A DNA stretch of 64,000 nt from the human T2T-CHM13v2.0 reference genome, Homo sapiens, in the NCBI RefSeq assembly GCF_009914755.1, contig NC_060933.1; one strand, written 5' to 3'. The notes beneath the pieces were generated by a model. The model did not search any database, was not told the origin of the DNA, and saw only the letters and a list, made by a program, of their open reading frames with translations. The position numbers were made by a program, and so were the translations under genes. This document shows, in pieces, positions 57,241-64,000 of this stretch (within the stretch, counting starts at the first letter, position 1; every line of letters begins with the position of its first letter).

Positions 57241-58068
57241 TTACAATTTCTCATTTAACATGAGGTAAGCCACATTTCTCTTGGCTTCAGTTTTGTCAGA
57301 TGTGGAAAAAAAAAAAAAAGGACCTAGATGATATATCAGATTCTTTATGCTTTTGAAGATAGCACGTTTCCAGTCAGTAAAAATCAAGCTGTGAACAAAT
57401 GACAAAGTGAATGATAGAGCAGTATATTAGAAATTGGGCAGATGGAAGCCCAGTAGAAAAGGCTGTGTTTGAGCTAGACTCTGAGGATAAATAGGGTTTG
57501 AACGATTGGAAACCATCTCTGTTGGGCCATGGACAAAGATATCAAATGCAGGAATAAGCATTTATATTTTAGCGATTCTATTTGTGGACATAAGTTTAGT
57601 GAGGGTAGAGGATTTGGGAAGGCTGGCATTGAACGGTGAAAGAACTCTTAGTGGAAAGGAAGTGCAGGGTGTTCTGACAAGGAAGAAGAAAGGAACCGGG
57701 GAAATGCCGAAAGAACAATACGCAGGACTTGATTTCTTGGATCTGGGTGATGATATTTTTAACCTGCGTTTCTAAAAAGTAAGTTTAAGTGCTGTTGGCA
57801 AAAATGGGAATTCTGTTGAATTCCAGCATGCAATAGTGTACTGGGAATAAAGTGATTTAGATCGTAGAGTGCTGAGGTTGCCAATAACTAGCCTCTTGGC
57901 TGTCATTTAATTCTTCTAGAGCCTATTCTCCATAAGGTGATGTTGGGCCAGCTGATCTCTCTTCTCTAAAGCCTGTAAAACTAGAGACTGTGAGGATGGA
58001 GAGCTAGTTACTTTCTTCTGGACTGGGAGAGGACGATAGTTGACAGAGAATAAAATTGTTAATTTTGG

Positions 58069-58451
<383 letters not shown>

Positions 58452-58922
58452 TTAAATAGTGTTTTCTCTCACAGGTGGTAGTTAAAATCTTGAGAATGGA
58501 TTTGCTTTCAGGGAGAGATTGTAGAGAGAGTAACTATAGGCCATACCCACAGAGAGGAGGTTGGAGAAATTATTGAAGGAGGCATGTGGATCTCAGAGCT
58601 AAGAGCAAGGAAGGAGTTCTTTTTAAAAAAGTTACATATAGTTGTAGATTCTCAGGGGCCCAGTGTTGTTATTAAGCTAATTTAACAGCATTTACAGCAA
58701 ATAATAAGCACCTACTTCTGGGAATTCTGGCAGAAAATAAATAATTCAAATAGATATAATCTCCACTGCCTAATTGTCTACCCAGAAGTGGTATCATTTA
58801 CATATTTATTTATTCAACAAATATTTATATGTTTCAAGCACTGCTGGTTCTAGGGATATAACGACGAGCAAGGTAGACATTGTTCTTATCCTCCCTGCAT
58901 GTAAAGCCCTTAGCATCTACAT

Positions 58923-59075
58923 CAGTGCTTTTCAAATTTTAATGTACATATGAATCATCTGAGGATTTTATTAAAATGTAGATTATGAATCAGTAGGTGG
59001 GGGCTGAAAATTCTGTATTACTAACAAGCTCCAATGTGATACTGATGTTCTTAGGACCATACTTTTAAGTGACAA
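58923..59075. mobile_element. MER5A-like MITE
   Basis: cagtgcttttcaaa...gaatcatctg...aacaagctcc...ggaccatacttt. Confidence 0.65.
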
Positions 59076-59475
59076 GAATCTAGATCCTGTTTAGCAAATA
59101 TGGCCGTTATTAAGCCACTACCACTACCCATCATCTGTTTCTCCTAGGATAAAATAATTTTACTTCTTATGAAAATAATATATGCTTATACAAATATTGG
59201 AACAATATAGAAAAGTGTAAAGAACCATGTAAAAATCACTCCTAATTCTCCCTACCCAGAGATAACCATTATTAATATTTTTGGGAACATTCATCCAGAT
59301 TTTACATATGTACATACATTCACAATTTAAGTGTTGCACTAAGTACATGTCACACTCTAAGCCCTGTGTTTGATTCTATTTGCTGTATGATTTTATTAAG
59401 ATAAATACCCAAGTGTCCAGAACCAAGCAATTAAGTACTTGCATTCTTGAGGGAGCCACTTAAAAATAATTTGGG

Positions 59476-59957
59476 GGCCAGGCACGGTGGCTCACGTCTG
59501 TAATCTCAGCACTTTGGGAGGCCAAGGTGGATGGATCATGAGGTCAAGAGATCAAGACCATCCTGGCCAGCCTGATGAAACCCTGTCTCTACTGAAAATA
59601 CAAAAATTAGCTAGGCTTGGTGGCACATGCCTGTAGTCCCAGCTACTCGGGAGGCTGAGGTAGGAGAATCACTTGAACCTGGGAGCGGAGGTTGCAGTGA
59701 GCTGAGATTGTGCCACTGCACTCCAGCCTGGCAACAGAGCAAGAATCCGTCTCAAAAAACAAAAAAAAAAACAAAACAAAAAACAAACTTTGGGAGCCGG
59801 ACAGTGTCTCATGCCTATAATCATTCCAGGTGCCCAAGAGGCTGAGGTGGGAGGATTGCTTGTGCCTAGCAGTTTGAGGCAGCAGTGAGCTATGATTGTG
59901 ACACTGCACTCCAGCCTGGGTGACAGAGCAAGACTCCATTTCTTAAAAAAATAAAAA
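59476..59957 (+). mobile_element. AluS followed by an Alu right-arm-like monomer
   Basis: Alu 59476-59787 with A-rich tail, then ~59793-59957 monomer. Confidence 0.88.
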
Positions 59958-60779
59958 CTTGTGTTACTTCAAAAATGGGGAGACATTAACATAATTACAT
60001 GTGGGCTCTAGTAAATGAATATTTGTCATTTCATTTAGGATGAGAGGAGAATTTTTAAAGTTTTAAAAAAAACTTAGTTTTTTTCTTACTACAAAATCAA
60101 TTGATGTTCACGTAAGATAAATAAGGAAAAAAAATAAAAGCACCTACACTCCTCCCAACCCAAAGACAATCCTTGCTGTCTTCACCTTCCTTCCTGCTAA
60201 CCTGTCTTATCTATATCTTTCATTTCAGCCACTATCTTTCCAAAACCCTCTTACACCATAGTCATTCAGAAAGGAGTAACTATGTATTTATGATTTTTCT
60301 GGAGCATCTACTGGAGAAACTAAATTTCATTAGCTTTTTATCTTCAAGTAACAGCATGTGTAGGTAGAAGTTATATTGCAAAGGATTAAGTGCATGAATG
60401 GTAAGCAGGTAAAGAAACTTCTTAACCCTTTGCAGTCTAATGTTTACTTCCAAGCTGCTGACAGTTGTGAAAAGTTAGCAGTCAAAGGAAAAGAAATGGA
60501 CAATAAGAAAGACCAACAGTATTTAGGGAAGATTTGATAGTAGCTGTTGCTACTGGGATATTTTTGGCTTTTGAGAACAGCTGAAAAATGTCGATTTTTT
60601 TTTTTTTTTGGTCTGACCTCTGAATTCATTTTCAGACGCATTTTCTCTTTATGCCTGCCAATCTGCTACATCATCTCTCTAACTATACCTTTTCCTAATT
60701 ACACTACTCTCTTTCCTCTGTAGTTCAGCCTCCTGTTTTATTTTGTTCAGAGCATATTTGAATGTCAGTTCTGTTTTAA

Positions 60780-61480
60780 TGAATTGCCTGAAGGATTCTT
60801 CCTGTGCGCTGCACAAACGAAACCAGTTCACTGAGACTGTGCTACTGCAGTAAAGAAACAGCTTACTTAACAATGATGCTGGCTGTGCAAAGGAGTTATT
60901 ACTCAAATCAGTCTCGCCAAAGACTTGGTGGTTAGTTTTTCAAGGATAGTTTTTAGTTTGGTGGCAGGGGACTAGGGAATGAGGGCTGCTGGTTGGCTGG
61001 GGATGTGATGATAAGGGTGTGAAAAATGGTCCTTGTGTGCTGAGTCCACCTCTGGGTGGGGAGCCACGTGACTGGTTGGGTCATGAGTCACTAGTTCACC
61101 TCTAGGTAGTGTCAGTTGGTCCAGAATGCAAAGGTCTGAAAAATATCTCAAAAGACCAATCTTAGGTTCTGTAGCCAGGGAAAATATAAATCCTGTGTCC
61201 TCTGGAAAAAAGACTGGTTATCATTTAACTACATGTTACCAGAATTCAGGTCCCTCTCATAATCCTAATCTTGTAGTCTTTCATTACCTTTATAAAGGCA
61301 GTTTAGTTTTGGAAAAGGTTACTATCATCCTTGCTTTAGGTTAAACTGTAAACTAAATTCCTTTCAAAGTTAGCTTGGCCTGCACCCAGAAATGACCAAG
61401 GACAGATTGGAGGTCAGAAACAAGATGGAATCAACTATGAGATTTCTCTTAGCTGTCATAATTTTGCAAAGGCAGTTTCA
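60780..61480 (-). mobile_element. LTR8A-like ERV1 solo LTR
   Basis: Reverse complement begins TGAAACTGCCTTTGCAAAATTATGAC, the recalled LTR8-family 5' end; ~700 bp. Confidence 0.8.
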
Positions 61481-61838
61481 CTCTCTGATTCATACTATCT
61501 ATGCCTCACTCTTACTCCCCAATATCCCCAAATAAGTCGGGGATCCCACAGCATAAGGATATGGCTAGGCTCTCACATATCATCTTATGAACCTAAGTTA
61601 GGTGTCAGGGAAGGTTTTTGATTCCACTTCCCCCCACTCCTGCCTTCTGGATCATCTCTCTTGATATATCATTCATTCATTCATTCATTCAAACAGACCC
61701 CTACCTAGGTGATTCTCAAAAGAGTGGGGTCTGGGGCTGGAGGAGGTGTCAGGGTAAACCAGTTACCAAAAGTCTTTCATACTAATACCTTCAAAGGACA
61801 AATGCAAATGTAAAAAGGAAGCTGAAAGAATATGCAGT

Positions 61839-64000
61839 GGGGTTCCAAGATGGCCGAATAGGAACAGCTCCAGTCTACAGCTCCCAGCGTGAGCGACGCA
61901 GAAGACGGGTGATTTCTGCATTTCTAACTGAGATACTGAGTTCATCTCACTGGGGATTATCGGACAGTGGGTGCAGGACAGTGGGTGCAGCGCACCGAGC
62001 GTGAGCCGAAGCAGGGCAAGGCATCACCTCACCCGGGAAGTGCAAGGGGTCAGGGAATTCCCTTTCCTAGCCAAGGGAAGGGGGGACAAATGGCACCTGG
62101 AAAATCGGGTCACTCCCACCCTAATACTGTGCTTTTCCGACAGTCTTAGCAAACAGCACACCAGGAGATTATATCCCACGCCTGGCTCGGAGGGTCCTAT
62201 GCCCACGGAGCCTCACTCATTTGTAGCACAGCAGTCTGAGATTGAACTGCAACGTGGCAGCGAGGCTGGGGGGGGGGGCACCCGCCATTGCTGAGGCTTG
62301 AGTAGATAAACAGAGGGGCCGGGAAGCTCGAACTGGGTGGAGCCCACCACAGCTCAAGGAGGCCTGCCTGCCTCTGTAGACTTCACCTCTGGGGGCAGGG
62401 CATAGCCAAACAAAAGGCAGCAGAAACCTCTGCAGACTTAAATGTTCCTGTCTGACAGCTTGGAAGAGAGTAGTGGTTCTCCCAGCATGGAGCTTGAGAT
62501 CTGAGAACGGACAGACTGCCTCCTCAAGTGGGTCCCTGACCCTCAAGTAGCCTAACTGGGAGGCACCCCACAGTAGGGGCAGACTGACACCTCACACAGC
62601 CGGGTACCCCTCTGAGACGAAACTTCCAGAGGAACGATCAGGCAGCAACATTTGCTGTTCAGCAATATTCGCTGTTCTGCAGCCTCTGCTGATACCCAGG
62701 CAAACAGGATCTGGAGTGGACCTCCAGCAAACTCCAACAGACCTGCATCTGAGGGTCCTGACTGTTAGAAGGAAAACTAACAAACAGAAAGGACATCCAC
62801 ATCAAAACCCATTTGTACATCAACATCATCAAAGACCAAAAGTAGATAAAACCACAAAGATGGGGAAAAAACAGAGCAGAAAAACTGAAAATTCTAAAAA
62901 TCAGAGCACCTCTCCTCCTCCAAAGGAACGCAGCTCCTCACCAGCAATGGAACAAAGCTGGATGGAGAATGACTTTGACAAGTTGAGAGAAGAAGGCTTC
63001 AGACGATCAAACTTCTCCGAGCTAAAGGAGGAAGTTCAAACCCAACACAAAGAAGTTAAAAACCTTGAAAAAAGATTAGACGAATGGCTAACTAGAATAA
63101 CCAATGCAGAGAAGTCCTTAAAGGACCTGATGGAGCTGAAAACCATAGCACGAGAACTACATGAAGAATGCACAAGCTTCAGTAGCCGATTTGATCAACT
63201 GGAAGAAAGGGTATCAGTGATGGAAGATCAAATGAATGAAATGAAGCCAGAAGAGAAGTTTAGAGAAAAAAGAATAAACCGAAATGAACAAAGCCTCCAA
63301 GAAATATGGGACTATGTGAAAAGACCAAATCTGCGTCCGATTGGTGTACCTGAAAGTGACAGGGAGAATGGAACCAAGTTGGAAAGTACTTTGCAGGATA
63401 TTATCCAGGAGAACTTCCCCAACCTAGCAAGGCAGGCCAACATTCAAATTCAGGAAGTACAGAGAATGCCACAAAGATACTCCTCGAGAAGAGCAACTCC
63501 AAAACACGTAATTGTCAGATTCACCAAAGTTGAAATGAAGGAAAAAATGTTAAGGGCAGCCAGAGAGAAAGGTCGGGTTACCCACAAAGGGAAGCCCATC
63601 AGACTAACAGCTGATCTCTCGGCAGGAACTCTACAAGCCAGAAGAGAGTGTGGGCCAATATTCAACATTCTTAAAGAAAAGAATCTTCAACCCAGAATTT
63701 CATATCCAGCCAAACTAAGCTTCATAAGTGAAGGAGAAATAAAATCCTTTACAGACAAGCAAATGCTGAGAGATTTTGTCACCACCAGGCCTGCCCTAAA
63801 AGAGCTCCTGAAGGGAGCACTAAACATGGAAAGGAACAGCCGATACCAGCCTCTGCAAAAACATGCCAGATTCTAAAGACCATGGATGCTAGGCAGAAAC
63901 TGCATCAACTAACGAGGAAAATCAGCAGCTAACATCATAATGACAGGATCAAATTCACACATAACAATGTTAACCTTAAATGTAAATGGGCTAAATGCCC
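61839..64000 (+). mobile_element. 5' part of an L1PA (roughly L1PA4-6-like) in FKTN intron 1; runs off the window
   Basis: GGGGTTCCAAGATGGCCGAATAGG start, ~1.02-kb 5' UTR, ORF1, 63-nt spacer, ORF2 ATG 63940. Confidence 0.95.
62860..63876 (+). CDS. LINE-1 ORF1p, uninterrupted 338 aa
   Basis: MGKKQSRK...REKG...ARR...YPAKLS...HARF*; 1017 nt. Confidence 0.9.
   Translation: MGKKQSRKTENSKNQSTSPPPKERSSSPAMEQSWMENDFDKLREEGFRRSNFSELKEEVQTQHKEVKNLEKRLDEWLTRITNAEKSLKDLMELKTIARELHEECTSFSSRFDQLEERVSVMEDQMNEMKPEEKFREKRINRNEQSLQEIWDYVKRPNLRPIGVPESDRENGTKLESTLQDIIQENFPNLARQANIQIQEVQRMPQRYSSRRATPKHVIVRFTKVEMKEKMLRAAREKGRVTHKGKPIRLTADLSAGTLQARRECGPIFNILKEKNLQPRISYPAKLSFISEGEIKSFTDKQMLRDFVTTRPALKELLKGALNMERNSRYQPLQKHARF

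Noticed and set aside
62716-62859. 48-aa N-terminal extension of ORF1 in the ORF track
   Set aside because: Starts at a GTG in the L1 5' UTR; the canonical ATG is 62860

Overview
Human (primate) genomic DNA that I recognise from recalled sequences as the FSD1L-FKTN region (9q31). The + strand carries the 3' half of FSD1L: seven FN3/B30.2-SPRY coding exons, a candidate 33-nt microexon and a ~6-kb 3' UTR. These are followed by the CpG-rich promoter and non-coding first exon of FKTN. One FSD1L intron holds a nested structure: a full-length, decayed L1PA (~14047-28452) whose RT region was split by an ~8-kb full-length processed RALGAPA1 retrocopy (18398-26379; 13-bp TSD, poly-A). The retrocopy preserves a 128-nt stop-containing segment exactly at the parent exon1/exon2 junction, keeps the parent's CpG-rich 5' end, and lies downstream of a candidate alternative terminal exon of FSD1L. 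Also present: an antisense 5'-truncated L1 forming a ~2-kb inverted repeat around three FSD1L exons, an L1PA with intact ORF1 in FKTN intron 1, LTRs (one flanked by an abnormal ~100-bp direct repeat), many Alus and DNA-transposon relics. Gene names and repeat subfamilies come from memory, not from a search.
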